Assembly (NCBI GenBank): GCA_020725895.1
Contig: DYTO01000005.1
Coordinates: forward strand, 1,200 to 42,580
Source: Candidatus Hadarchaeum sp.
Lineage (GTDB): Archaea; Hadarchaeota; Hadarchaeia; Hadarchaeales; Hadarchaeaceae
Reading direction: 5' to 3'
DNA: 41,381 bases
The notes beneath the pieces are model-generated. The model was not told the origin of the DNA. It saw nothing but the letters and a program-made list of their open reading frames with translations, and searched no databases. Shown here one piece after another: positions 1-8,712 of this stretch. The translations under genes were made by a program, and so were the position numbers. The number at the start of each line of letters is the position of its first letter. Positions within the stretch are counted from its first letter, which is position 1.

Positions 1-1
1 T

Positions 2-1864
2 TGGGGGCCGCTGGTCTTCGCCCTCTCTGTCATCCCCGTCTACATGATCGGCAAGGATCTCGGCGGCGAAGTCGGGGGCGCCTCTGCCGCGCTTTTCTTC
101 GCGACACTGGTCAGCTCGATATACTGGAACAAGACGGGGGCGTTCGACCGCGATTGCATCCAAACGCTCCTCGGGGCCTGGACATTGTTCGTCACGTTGA
201 AATTCTTCAGGGCGTCCAGGGAGGAAAAGCCGAAGCTGGCGGTCGTCTCCGCCATGGTATACGGGATTTACGGGCTGACATGGAGCGGCTCGCTTTTCAT
301 AATAATGGCGATTCTCGGTGGACTGATCCTGATCCTTCTCGCGGGTTTCGGCGGCAAATTCTTCAAGAATGTCTCCGACCCCGTCGGGGCAATCTACTCG
401 TCGATAAAAATGCACCTCACGACGGTGATCGGGGTCGTCTTGATGATGATCGTTTTCACGGCGGTCTTCTCGGTGACGACAGGACAGCAGCCCGTTTTCT
501 GGATCAACATCTCACAAACCGTGGTATCTTTCATCTTTCCTGGCAGCGGTGGTGAAGGTTTGAGCACCGGCGCGGCATCTGAGGAACGGCCGGCCGGTCC
601 CCTGGGCGACACTTTTGCAAAGTTCTATGCCGAAGGGTTGCTGACGGCGATAGTAGTTTCGCTGATGATCATCGCCCTGATCAAAATACTTTGGTCGAGA
701 AAACCGCACGAGCTTTACATCCTGTCCTGGTTCATCGTCCTGATCCTGATGGTCTGGCCCGACAAGGGGCTGGCGAGGTTCGACCGGATGTGGTGGCCCC
801 TGCTGCCGGCCATGGCAGGTGCGGGGCTGGGCACAATTTATTCTCTGTTCACCGGCCTTTCTTTCGATCCCTCGTGGGAATGGCTGAAAAAACTGCAAAA
901 CCCGTTCCTGGTCGCGATCGTGATGATATTTTTCGCCGCGCCTTTCGTGGTAAACGCGCAGAACGCCGCGGAGGGGGCCGCCCCGCCGACCGAGTGGAAT
1001 TATCGCAGAGGATATGACAATGGACTTTTAGAATCTTTCGAGTGGATGAGGACGAACACCCCTGAGGGGATAATAGTATCGATAGAATGGTCATTCGGGC
1101 ATTTGATGACGGGCGTGGCCAGGCGGCCGAGCGTTGTCGACGGTGCCGGGGGAGATATAGGAGAAGAATTGACATGGCAGACGGAAAACCGGGAATACGT
1201 GCCTCCAGACTACGTTGACTGGCAAATAGGCGAGGGTGTGGACATCGTGGGATCGGGCACGCAAAACTATCACTCGTATTCGATAAACGGCAGGCGCCCG
1301 GACGCCGATCGCCTGACTGTGACTGGCAGCGAAGAAGAGCTGAAATTTTTGCTCAATACTTATCGGGACAACTACCTGTCGCAAGTAGACTATATCATAT
1401 TCTCGAAGGATGCGCTCTACGCCAAGGATGTCCTCGGCACGTGGCAGGTGACCGAGAATCGTAGCAGCGCAAAGAGCGTTGATTCGGTCGATGGCGATTA
1501 CTTGATCGAATTCGAAAACGATAACGTTGTGCTGCTCTCATCCTTCACGGGCGCGTACATCCAGGGAAGTGGCGAAAATCTGGAAGGAGTATTAGTCGAA
1601 ATCGTGAACTATGACTATGGCATCGCATATTATCTTCCGTATTTCCGAAACGATTACCAGGCTTCGAAATATGTGTTCACGACAATGCGGATCAAGGACG
1701 GCAAACAACAAATAGCCGCGTTCCAGCTCGGAGATTCGAGGGGGAGGTCAATGACCCACCGCATTTTCCAAGAATACAAAATCCCGCCATACCTCTCCGT
1801 GGAGTACACCAGTACAAACCAGCTTATAAAAGTGGTGAGAGTCGACCACTCCTTGATCCCGTGA
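2..1864 (+). CDS. aglB: AglB/STT3-like oligosaccharyltransferase (GT-C membrane protein), 5' end truncated by the window edge
   Basis: The frame is open back to nt 2 (WGPLVFALSVIPVYMIGKDLGG...). The N-terminal half is multi-TM. The soluble C-terminal domain starts at IVSIEWSFGHLMTGVARRPSVVDG, which aligns to the STT3/AglB WWDYG block. Its tail (SEEELKFLLNTYRDNYLSQVDYIIFSKDALYAKDVLGTW) resembles the OST C-terminal domain. Confidence 0.65.
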   Translation, partial: WGPLVFALSVIPVYMIGKDLGGEVGGASAALFFATLVSSIYWNKTGAFDRDCIQTLLGAWTLFVTLKFFRASREEKPKLAVVSAMVYGIYGLTWSGSLFIIMAILGGLILILLAGFGGKFFKNVSDPVGAIYSSIKMHLTTVIGVVLMMIVFTAVFSVTTGQQPVFWINISQTVVSFIFPGSGGEGLSTGAASEERPAGPLGDTFAKFYAEGLLTAIVVSLMIIALIKILWSRKPHELYILSWFIVLILMVWPDKGLARFDRMWWPLLPAMAGAGLGTIYSLFTGLSFDPSWEWLKKLQNPFLVAIVMIFFAAPFVVNAQNAAEGAAPPTEWNYRRGYDNGLLESFEWMRTNTPEGIIVSIEWSFGHLMTGVARRPSVVDGAGGDIGEELTWQTENREYVPPDYVDWQIGEGVDIVGSGTQNYHSYSINGRRPDADRLTVTGSEEELKFLLNTYRDNYLSQVDYIIFSKDALYAKDVLGTWQVTENRSSAKSVDSVDGDYLIEFENDNVVLLSSFTGAYIQGSGENLEGVLVEIVNYDYGIAYYLPYFRNDYQASKYVFTTMRIKDGKQQIAAFQLGDSRGRSMTHRIFQEYKIPPYLSVEYTSTNQLIKVVRVDHSLIP

Positions 1865-1868
1865 TGGC

Positions 1869-3134
1869 ATGATGCGGCCAAAGGGAACGCGGGATGTTTT
1901 CGGCGAGGAGCTCTCGGCTTTGCGGCGGGTCGAGATGACCGTGCGCGGCCTTTTCGAAAAGTATTCCTTCGAGGAGGTTGAGACGCCGATGTTCGAGAAC
2001 TTCGAGCTTTTCGAGAAGAAGAGCGGCGCGACCGTGATCGATCAAATATACGCTTTCAAGGACAAGTCAGGGAACATGCTTGCGCTTCGACCAGAGATCA
2101 CCCCGTCAGCCATAAGGTTTTACATCAATCAGCTAAAGTCCGCCCCACAGCCCGTGAAGCTCTGCTACTTCGGGAGCTGCTTCAGGTACGAGGAACCGCA
2201 ATCGCAGAGGTGGAGGCAGTTCACGCAGGCCGGCGTTGAAATCCTGGGATCGGACAGGCCCGAGGCCGACGTCGAAGTGATGGCACTGGTCGTCGAAACC
2301 ATGCAAAAGCTCGGCCTGCGCGACTTTGACTTGCGGGTCGGCCATGTGGGCGTGCTGCGAAAGCTGCTTGAGCACGCTGGCGTCGGAGACGACTCGCAAG
2401 ACCCGCTGCTCAGAGCAATCGACCGTAAGGACGAGGAGAGGATTGACGCTGAAATCGAGCGCGCGCGTTTGAATTTGACCGACCAAAAAATACTCCTCGA
2501 ACTAATAAACTCGAAAGGCGAATCGTCGATTTTGGAAAACGTGAGGAGGATAACGAAGGGTGTGCCCGGGGTCGAGAAAGATTTTGAGAACTTGTCCGAT
2601 ATTTCAGAGGGGCTCCAAGCGATCGGCGCGAAGTTCAATTTTGATTTCGGGATAGCGAGGGGCTTGGGTTACTACACTGGGGCAGTTTTCGAGGTCTACG
2701 TCGACAAGGTACAAGTGGTTGGCGGCGGCAGATACGACGGCCTGGTGGAACTGCTCGGCGGGAAGCCATGCCCCGCGGTGGGGGTCGGCTTCGGCATTGA
2801 CCGCCTGGCGAGAGTACTCGTCTCGAGGGGGAAAGTCGAATATCCTGGCGGGCCCGACTTCATGGTCATACCTGTCGCGCCGGAAATCGTCGGCGAGTGC
2901 CTGAAAATAGTGAAGGAACTCAGGGATGCGGGATTGCGCGCGGACGTGGAATTGATGGGGCGGAAGCTCACGAAAGCCCTCGCGAGCGCCGACTCAAGGA
3001 ACGTGAAGAAAGTTATCGTTGTCGGGCAAAAGGACCTTGAACAGGGAGAGGTCACTATCCGCGACATGAAAACCGGCGAACAGACGAAACTGCCACGGAA
3101 GGACCTGGCAAAGAAAATATCTGGAACGGCGTGA
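1869..3134 (+). CDS. hisS: Histidine--tRNA ligase
   Basis: 421 aa. The N-terminus MRPKGTRDVFGEE...FEEVETPMFE, plus LRPEITPS, FRYEEPQSQRWRQF and GGGRYDGL, are class IIa HisRS motifs. Confidence 0.95.
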   Translation: MMRPKGTRDVFGEELSALRRVEMTVRGLFEKYSFEEVETPMFENFELFEKKSGATVIDQIYAFKDKSGNMLALRPEITPSAIRFYINQLKSAPQPVKLCYFGSCFRYEEPQSQRWRQFTQAGVEILGSDRPEADVEVMALVVETMQKLGLRDFDLRVGHVGVLRKLLEHAGVGDDSQDPLLRAIDRKDEERIDAEIERARLNLTDQKILLELINSKGESSILENVRRITKGVPGVEKDFENLSDISEGLQAIGAKFNFDFGIARGLGYYTGAVFEVYVDKVQVVGGGRYDGLVELLGGKPCPAVGVGFGIDRLARVLVSRGKVEYPGGPDFMVIPVAPEIVGECLKIVKELRDAGLRADVELMGRKLTKALASADSRNVKKVIVVGQKDLEQGEVTIRDMKTGEQTKLPRKDLAKKISGTA

Positions 3135-3138
3135 TCGA

Positions 3139-3843
3139 ATGGTTATCACTAGGGTCGAGTGGAAGACCGAGAAAGGTTTTGACAAGTTGGTCAACGAGCA
3201 CTGGGGCGCGTGGATCAAGGAAAGGATGGGCTCTGATTGGAAGCGTATGCTGGACCTTGGCGGCGGGACGGGCGCGATAAGCGCGAAGTTCGCCTCGACG
3301 GACAGGCTCATCGTTTGCATGGATCTCTCCGAGAAAAACATCCAGAGGGGGCGCGAGATGCACCGCGTCGTTCCGAATTTTTACTACGTTGTCGGCGACG
3401 CGCACAACCTCCCATTCAAGGACGGCGCATTCGATGTCGTCCACAGCTGGGCCGCTCTCCACCACTTCCCCGACAAAAACCGCGCGATGGGCGAGGTCAA
3501 GAGGACGCTCAGAGACGGCGGGAAGTTGCTCGCTATCGAGCCTGGCCTCGTGAACCCTTTCACGGCACCGGCGCGGAAATTCTTCTCTACGACTCGGCAC
3601 GATGCCTTCGAAAAGCCGTTCGTGCCATCCGACCTCGTTAAGATGATTTCGATGTTCTTCAGAAAGGTGGAGTCGAAGAGCTTCGGATTCCTGACATACA
3701 TCATTCCTTTCGCCTTGGCAAGGCTCGGTAAAATCTCAAAAATCGTTAAACCGCTCAGCCCGCATCTGGTGAAACTCGACGACGGCCTCTCGAAGATATT
3801 CAATGAGTTCGCGGGCACAGTCGCGATTTGCGCCGAGAAGTAG
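3139..3843 (+). CDS. Class I SAM-dependent methyltransferase (Methyltransf_11-like)
   Basis: Motif I is LDLGGGTGAIS. The acidic post-I is CMDLSE. GDAHNLPFKDGAFDVV is typical of the UbiE/SmtA-like fold. The ATG lies 4 nt after the hisS stop. Confidence 0.8.
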   Translation: MVITRVEWKTEKGFDKLVNEHWGAWIKERMGSDWKRMLDLGGGTGAISAKFASTDRLIVCMDLSEKNIQRGREMHRVVPNFYYVVGDAHNLPFKDGAFDVVHSWAALHHFPDKNRAMGEVKRTLRDGGKLLAIEPGLVNPFTAPARKFFSTTRHDAFEKPFVPSDLVKMISMFFRKVESKSFGFLTYIIPFALARLGKISKIVKPLSPHLVKLDDGLSKIFNEFAGTVAICAEK

Positions 3844-4686
3844 CTAGAATGAATGGCCGAGCTTTTCAAAAGTTTCTTTCATCACGAGTGAATCGAGTTC
3901 TAGGACTGGCGACTCCGAAATTATGGTTATGTCTATTTTTTGCTTCAGGATCTCCTTTGCGAGTGGCTCGAACGGCGGCTTCCCGACCTTCATCGGTAGA
4001 TGGCGCCTCTCGTTCCCGTGGCCGGGGACCTTCGCCGGCGTCCACTCCATTCCCGCGAAGTGTGAGTGTACGTGCTTTAGGTTCAGCGGCTTGAGTTTCT
4101 CGAAAACCTCGGAATAGTCTATCTTCCCTGCCGCGCGCGCCCAGATGTGCGAGAAGTCGATGACGGGTGCGCAGCCTCGGACCTTCCTGCACAACTCGAC
4201 GAGTTCCTCGAGGTTCCCGAAAGCGCTCATCTTCCCCGTCGTCTCGAGCCCCAGCGTCACCCCCCTGATTCCCTTCGACTTCATCTTGTCCAGCATATCG
4301 TGGACGGCCGATTCGGCCCTTTCAAAAGCCTCCTCCGGCGTCTGAGCGCCGTAGAAGCCAGGGTGAAAAACAGCAACGTGCGCACCCATGTGTGAAGCGC
4401 GCTCCGCAGAGTCGAGTATCCTCTTTTTGGAGGCCTTGACCTTCGCCTTTTCAACAGAGCAGAGGTTAACGTAGTATGGGCAGTGGACTGACATGTCTAT
4501 CTTCAGCTCACGCGATAGTTCTCCTACCTCTTCTGCCATCTTGTTCCCCATCGCGACTCCGCGCACGAACTCAACTTCCATGGCGTTCAGACCGAGCTCC
4601 GAAACTCGTCTAATCCCGTCAAGCGTGCTGCCTCCCTTCGCGGAAACAGGTATCCCGGCAGGTCCAAGGTAAATCATTCTCTCCAT
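3844..4686 (-). CDS. nfo: Endonuclease IV-like AP endonuclease (xylose isomerase-like TIM barrel)
   Basis: 280 aa. The blocks SVHCPYYVNLCS, AVFHPGFYG, LGLETTGK, IDFSHIWA and HSHFAGMEW match the metal-binding blocks of the Endo IV family. Confidence 0.65.
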   Translation of the reverse strand: MERMIYLGPAGIPVSAKGGSTLDGIRRVSELGLNAMEVEFVRGVAMGNKMAEEVGELSRELKIDMSVHCPYYVNLCSVEKAKVKASKKRILDSAERASHMGAHVAVFHPGFYGAQTPEEAFERAESAVHDMLDKMKSKGIRGVTLGLETTGKMSAFGNLEELVELCRKVRGCAPVIDFSHIWARAAGKIDYSEVFEKLKPLNLKHVHSHFAGMEWTPAKVPGHGNERRHLPMKVGKPPFEPLAKEILKQKIDITIISESPVLELDSLVMKETFEKLGHSF

Positions 4687-4733
4687 AACCCTTATTGGGT
4701 GGTCGCAAAAATCTCTTCCGTTGGAGGGTCAAG

Positions 4734-5330
4734 ATGCTCAGCAAGTTCAGGGGCCAAGCTAGCAAGATAATGGAGCCGATAGCGAAGGCGGTCGCACGCA
4801 CGGGCGTGACACCCAACACCCTGACATTGATCGGGCTTTTGATCGGGGTTGCGGTCGCGCTTCTGTTTGCGTTCGGCTTCCAGTCCTTCGCCGGGTTCGC
4901 GCTCCTCGTGGCGGGGTTCTTCGACATGATAGACGGTGCCGTCGCGCGAGTGACCGGCAAGGAAACCAAGTTCGGCGGAGTCCTTGACTCGACAGTCGAC
5001 CGGTACACTGATTTCGTAATCTACGCAGGGATAATCTACGCGACGATTACCGGGGCAATCGTCTGGCCGGCTTTCATTATAGGCGCGGGATGGATGTGGG
5101 GAATCCTCGCGATCGCGGGCAGCTTCATAGTAAGCTATGTGCGAGCGCGGGCGGAGGCGGCCGGGACCGGGAAGCTTGACGTCGGTTTCGCGGAGCGCGC
5201 CGAGAGGATGATAATCCTAGCAATTGGCGGACTTCTGGGTCTGATTGCCTACGCCGTGATAATAGTCGCGATAATAACGCATGCAACGATGATTCACAGA
5301 ATTGTAGTCGCCTGGCGCCGCCTCAAGTGA
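4734..5330 (+). CDS. CDP-alcohol phosphatidyltransferase, probably archaetidylinositol-phosphate synthase
   Basis: The exact D-G-x2-A-R-x8-G-x3-D-x3-D motif is present (DGAVARVTGKETKFGGVLDSTVD). The protein is multi-TM. GGAGGG at 4723-4728 precedes ATG 4734, so the TTG at 4695 is less likely. The gene clusters with myo-inositol-1-phosphate synthase. Confidence 0.8.
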   Translation: MLSKFRGQASKIMEPIAKAVARTGVTPNTLTLIGLLIGVAVALLFAFGFQSFAGFALLVAGFFDMIDGAVARVTGKETKFGGVLDSTVDRYTDFVIYAGIIYATITGAIVWPAFIIGAGWMWGILAIAGSFIVSYVRARAEAAGTGKLDVGFAERAERMIILAIGGLLGLIAYAVIIVAIITHATMIHRIVVAWRRLK

Positions 5331-5637
5331 GCCCCGAGCACATCTCTTTCAGGTACTTCACGCCGTCGCGCAGGAGGTCCTCGCCCTTCTTCGTGATCAT
5401 GTAGCTCTTCTTCGGCGGCCTGCCCTTCTGCTCTTTTAATTCAGATATAACGTATCCATCACGGCGCAAGCGATGCAGGACAATATATGATGTCACAGTC
5501 GGCGGCTTCCATCCAAATTTTTTATGAACTTGTTGTCGGAGTTCATAGACGTGCATTGGGCGCTCTTTAAGCAGTTTCAAAAAGTAAGGCCAAAGCATCT
5601 CGGCCGTCGTCTTCTTTTTCATTCTCGCGATAGCCAA
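5323..5637 (-). CDS. PadR-family winged-helix transcriptional regulator
   Basis: 104 aa. MLWPYFLKLLKERPMHVYEL...TVTSYIVLHRLRRDGYVISE...KKSYMITKKGEDLL is the PadR wHTH pattern. Confidence 0.8.
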   Translation of the reverse strand: MAIARMKKKTTAEMLWPYFLKLLKERPMHVYELRQQVHKKFGWKPPTVTSYIVLHRLRRDGYVISELKEQKGRPPKKSYMITKKGEDLLRDGVKYLKEMCSGLT

Positions 5638-5708
5638 TCAAAACCCCATGCTAGTTTGGCCGCAAGTCTTAAATAGTTATTTTTTGGATATATCTCGGAG
5701 TCTGAAAT

Positions 5709-6092
5709 ATGCCTGAAACAAGATTCATGAAATGCCAATATTGCGGTTACGAATGGCGACCGAGAAAAGGTGGTAGAAAATGTCCTTTTTGTTTCCGTGT
5801 TTTGGGAGAAAATCGCTCGACAAAATGGAAACTTGCCGAAAAAAAACTTGCGGATGCTCTTTCCAAACGTGGTTGGAAAATGGAAAAAATAGGTGGCCAA
5901 AAAGTAATAGATATTCTTGCCGAACGTGGCAAGAGAAAGTTGCTGCTGGATGTAAAATCAGGGGAAAGTTATCTAATTAGACGTTCACAATTAAAGGAAT
6001 TGTCCAAACACGTCAATAAAAAAACCGATGTTGGATTTGCTTGTGAGATGGATGGAAAGTTTTATCTCTTCATGCTAACGGAGGTACTATAA
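5709..6092 (+). CDS. Zinc-ribbon fused to an Hjc-like PD-(D/E)xK nuclease domain
   Basis: The N-terminus carries CQYC...CPFC (a 4-Cys ribbon). It is followed by LAEKKLADALSKRGW...VIDILAERGKRKLLLDVKSG, which matches the archaeal Holliday-junction-resolvase pattern E...(I/V)D(I/L)xA...L(I/L)(E/D)VKS. The gene sits on a clearly AT-richer islet. Confidence 0.55.
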   Translation: MPETRFMKCQYCGYEWRPRKGGRKCPFCFRVLGENRSTKWKLAEKKLADALSKRGWKMEKIGGQKVIDILAERGKRKLLLDVKSGESYLIRRSQLKELSKHVNKKTDVGFACEMDGKFYLFMLTEVL

Positions 6093-6121
6093 AGTCTGAT
6101 GTTTAGAAAAAAGTGATTGCA

Positions 6122-7195
6122 ATGTCCAAAATAAATGTCGCAATAGTCGGGGTCGGGAACTGCGCCTCTTCGCTCGTCCAGGGGATAGAGTACTACAAGG
6201 ACGCGAGAGAAGACGAGTTCGTCCCTGGCCTGATGCACGTGAACTTCGGCGGTTATCATATCAAGGACGTGAAGTTCGTCGCCGCCTTCGACATCGACGC
6301 GAACAAGGTCGGCAAGGACATTTCCGAGGCGATTTTCACTCCACCCAACTGCACGAAGAAATTTAGCGACGTGCCGAAGATCGGGGTCGAGGTCATGAAG
6401 GGGGAGGTGCGGGACGGGCTTGGAAAGTACCTGAAGCCTGTCATCCCTGTCGACCCGACGCAGAAATCTGTGAACGTCGCGAAGGCCCTCGAGGACGTCG
6501 GGGCTGACATCTTGGTGAGCTACCTCCCCGTTGGCAGTTACGAGGCTACGCGATTCTACGCCGAGCAGGCGATCAAGGCCGGCTGCGGTTATATCAACTG
6601 CATCCCGGAATTCATCGTCTCCGGAAAGGAGTGGGGGAAAAAATTCGCGGAGGCCGGGCTGCCTTGCGCGGGCGACGACATAAAATCGCAGGTGGGCGCG
6701 ACGATTCTCCACAGGACTCTAGCAAGGCTTTTGATAGACCGCGGGGTGAAGCTCGAGGAGAGCTACCAACTGAACATCGGCGGCAACACCGATTTCCTTA
6801 ATATGGTCGAGGAGGATCGCCTGACATCGAAGCGCATAAGCAAGACGGAGGCGGTCTCGAGCCAGGTCCCATACGAGGTCCCGCTTAGGATCGGGCCGAG
6901 CGACTACGTTTCGTTCCTGAACGACAACAAGGTCTGCTACATCTTCATGCGCGGGCGCAAGTTCGGGGACATCCCGCAGACCATCGACCTCAAGCTTTCC
7001 GTTGAGGACTCGCCGAACTCCGCGGGCGTCGTCATCGACGCGATCAGGTCTGTTAAGCTCGCCCTTGACAGGAAGGTAGGCGGGCCCCTGATTGGCGTCT
7101 CATCGTACTTCTTCAAGCACCCGCCCGTCCAGTTCACGGACGTCGAGGCTAGGCAGGCTGTCGAGGACTTCATCGCGGGAAGGAGGGAGCGGTGA
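6122..7195 (+). CDS. ino1: myo-Inositol-1-phosphate (inositol-3-phosphate) synthase, archaeal short type
   Basis: [24 protein letters not shown] is a Rossmann N-terminus. [21 protein letters not shown] and [11 protein letters not shown] are MIPS core blocks. The product is about 357 aa. Confidence 0.9.
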   Translation: MSKINVAIVGVGNCASSLVQGIEYYKDAREDEFVPGLMHVNFGGYHIKDVKFVAAFDIDANKVGKDISEAIFTPPNCTKKFSDVPKIGVEVMKGEVRDGLGKYLKPVIPVDPTQKSVNVAKALEDVGADILVSYLPVGSYEATRFYAEQAIKAGCGYINCIPEFIVSGKEWGKKFAEAGLPCAGDDIKSQVGATILHRTLARLLIDRGVKLEESYQLNIGGNTDFLNMVEEDRLTSKRISKTEAVSSQVPYEVPLRIGPSDYVSFLNDNKVCYIFMRGRKFGDIPQTIDLKLSVEDSPNSAGVVIDAIRSVKLALDRKVGGPLIGVSSYFFKHPPVQFTDVEARQAVEDFIAGRRER

Positions 7196-8076
7196 TGGCT
7201 TTCGATGTCATAGTGCTCGGCCACGTCGCGATAGACGTCAACAAATTCCCTTGGGGAGTCGTTGAGAACGTCCTCGGAGGGGCGCCGACTTACAGCGGGC
7301 TAGCCCTCGTCGCTCTGAAGAGGAGCGTCGGCGTTTGCTCGAAGATTGGCCTCGACTTCACGGAGAAGTTCCCGCCGATATACGGGAAGCTCGGCCTCGA
7401 CACCGAGGGAATGATCATCGCCGGGGAGTACACGACGACTTTCGAGAACACTTACGATGAAAAGGGGAAGAGGACGCAGATTTGCAAGCATATGACGCCT
7501 CCGATTGCCCCTGATGACATTCCCGCGGAATACTCGGACGCCAAGAGCTTCTACTTCTCGCCGATAGTGAACGAGGTGACGCCTGAGCTCGTGAAATCCG
7601 TGAAGAAGAGCTCGAACGTCGTTATGCTCGACCCGCAGGGGATCCTCCGCGAGATTGGGAAGGACGGGCGCGTCACCGTGCGGCCGAGAGAACTGGGCGA
7701 ATATCTGAAGTATGTTGACATTGTTAAAATCGGGATGGATGAACTCGGGATATTGGGTGACAACGTCGAGGAATCAATGAAAAAACTGCGGGCTGCCGGT
7801 CCGAAGATAGTGATTGCGACGAAGGGAGGCGAGCCTTTGCTTGTGCTCAGCGACGAGGGGACTTTCAAGTTGACGCCGCTGAAGGTCGACGCCAAGGACA
7901 CGACCGGGGCGGGCGACGTTTTCGGCGCAGCTTTCCTATCGAAGTATCTGATTTCGCGGAACGTCAGGGAATCGGCGAAGTTCGCGGCGGCTGCGGCTGG
8001 GCTGAAAGTCAGATATCGCGGACCGATCGGGTTCCCGTCTGAGCAAGAAATCCTCGGTGCGGTTCCAAAACTTTAG
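7195..8076 (+). CDS. PfkB-family sugar/polyol kinase
   Basis: The N-terminus VIVLGHVAIDV, GGAPTYSGLA and the C-terminal DTTGAGDVFGAAFL anion-hole motif are present. The ATG overlaps the MIPS stop (TGATG), with GGAGGGAG 8 nt upstream. Confidence 0.85.
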   Translation: MAFDVIVLGHVAIDVNKFPWGVVENVLGGAPTYSGLALVALKRSVGVCSKIGLDFTEKFPPIYGKLGLDTEGMIIAGEYTTTFENTYDEKGKRTQICKHMTPPIAPDDIPAEYSDAKSFYFSPIVNEVTPELVKSVKKSSNVVMLDPQGILREIGKDGRVTVRPRELGEYLKYVDIVKIGMDELGILGDNVEESMKKLRAAGPKIVIATKGGEPLLVLSDEGTFKLTPLKVDAKDTTGAGDVFGAAFLSKYLISRNVRESAKFAAAAAGLKVRYRGPIGFPSEQEILGAVPKL

Positions 8077-8131
8077 CCAGCGCAATTCAGGTATGTAAAT
8101 TAAGCAACCGAGTCATTCTATTGGGTGAAGC

Positions 8132-8341
8132 TTGGTCGAAAAACCTTGGATGATAAAATATTGGTATGCTCTACTTTGCATTGGTATACTCTTGATATTT
8201 GCTTCTGTAGCTTTTATTGAAATTTATGCAAAATCTGTTTATGCTCTTCTCGTGTTATTTATTGCTATTCCTTCATGTGTACTCGGTGTTGTTTTTACCG
8301 TGATACTTTTTCCATCTTCAGAAAATTCAATGAAATTCTAA
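8132..8341 (+). CDS. Small 2-TM hypothetical protein, possibly the N-terminal remnant of a decayed gene
   Basis: The ORF has two hydrophobic helices (YALLCIGILLIFASVAFI, ALLVLFIAIPSCVLGVVFTVILF). It lies in a very AT-rich islet. The annotated start is TTG, with an alternative ATG at 8150. Confidence 0.3.
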   Translation: MVEKPWMIKYWYALLCIGILLIFASVAFIEIYAKSVYALLVLFIAIPSCVLGVVFTVILFPSSENSMKF

Positions 8342-8417
8342 ACGTGTTGGGCTCGGAGATAGCAACGGTAAAGATGAAATTAAATTTTGTTCATGGCGAA
8401 CTTGTATGTGATACTAA

Positions 8418-8711
8418 ATACGGAAAATTTTCACTCGTGTACTTGCCCACTCGAGATACAACTGGCAGCCTTATTATAAACTCTCTGTTCCAGTGACCAA
8501 GACCCTATCTGCTGATGATGAAAGTGATTTATCAGGCAAGATTCCTTATGAAAAATTGAAAAAAAATTAAGTCTTTGTACTCTGCCGGGGTGAAAAGAAA
8601 AAATTAGAAAATAGGTTTGTTGCTAAATTTGATGACAAATGGTTTTACTCAGAGACCCCCGATATAATCGAGTGCCTGAAAATCTTGCGAGAAGTCGAAC
8701 AAAAACTGTAA
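8418..8711 (+). pseudogene. Degraded ORF remnant, about 97 codons in one frame with a single internal TAA
   Basis: The frame reads IRKIFTRVLAHSRYNWQPYYKLSVPVTKTLSADDESDLSGKIPYEKLKKN*VFVLCRGEKKKLENRFVAKFDDKWFYSETPDIIECLKILREVEQKL*. The internal TAA is at 8568-8570 and no ATG start is present. Such a long open stretch is unexpected in DNA this AT-rich. Confidence 0.3.
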
Positions 8712-8712
8712 C

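Noticed and set aside
1-555. 184-aa ORF in frame +1 at the window start.
   Set aside because: It overlaps the AglB-like frame (+2), which has clear TM helices and continues for more than 600 codons. The frame +1 product is Arg/Gly-rich and looks like noise.
8515-8521. ATGATGA, a C-box-like motif suggesting a C/D box sRNA in the AT-rich islet.
   Set aside because: No correctly spaced D box (CTGA) or C'/D' boxes lie downstream, and there are no terminal stem complements.
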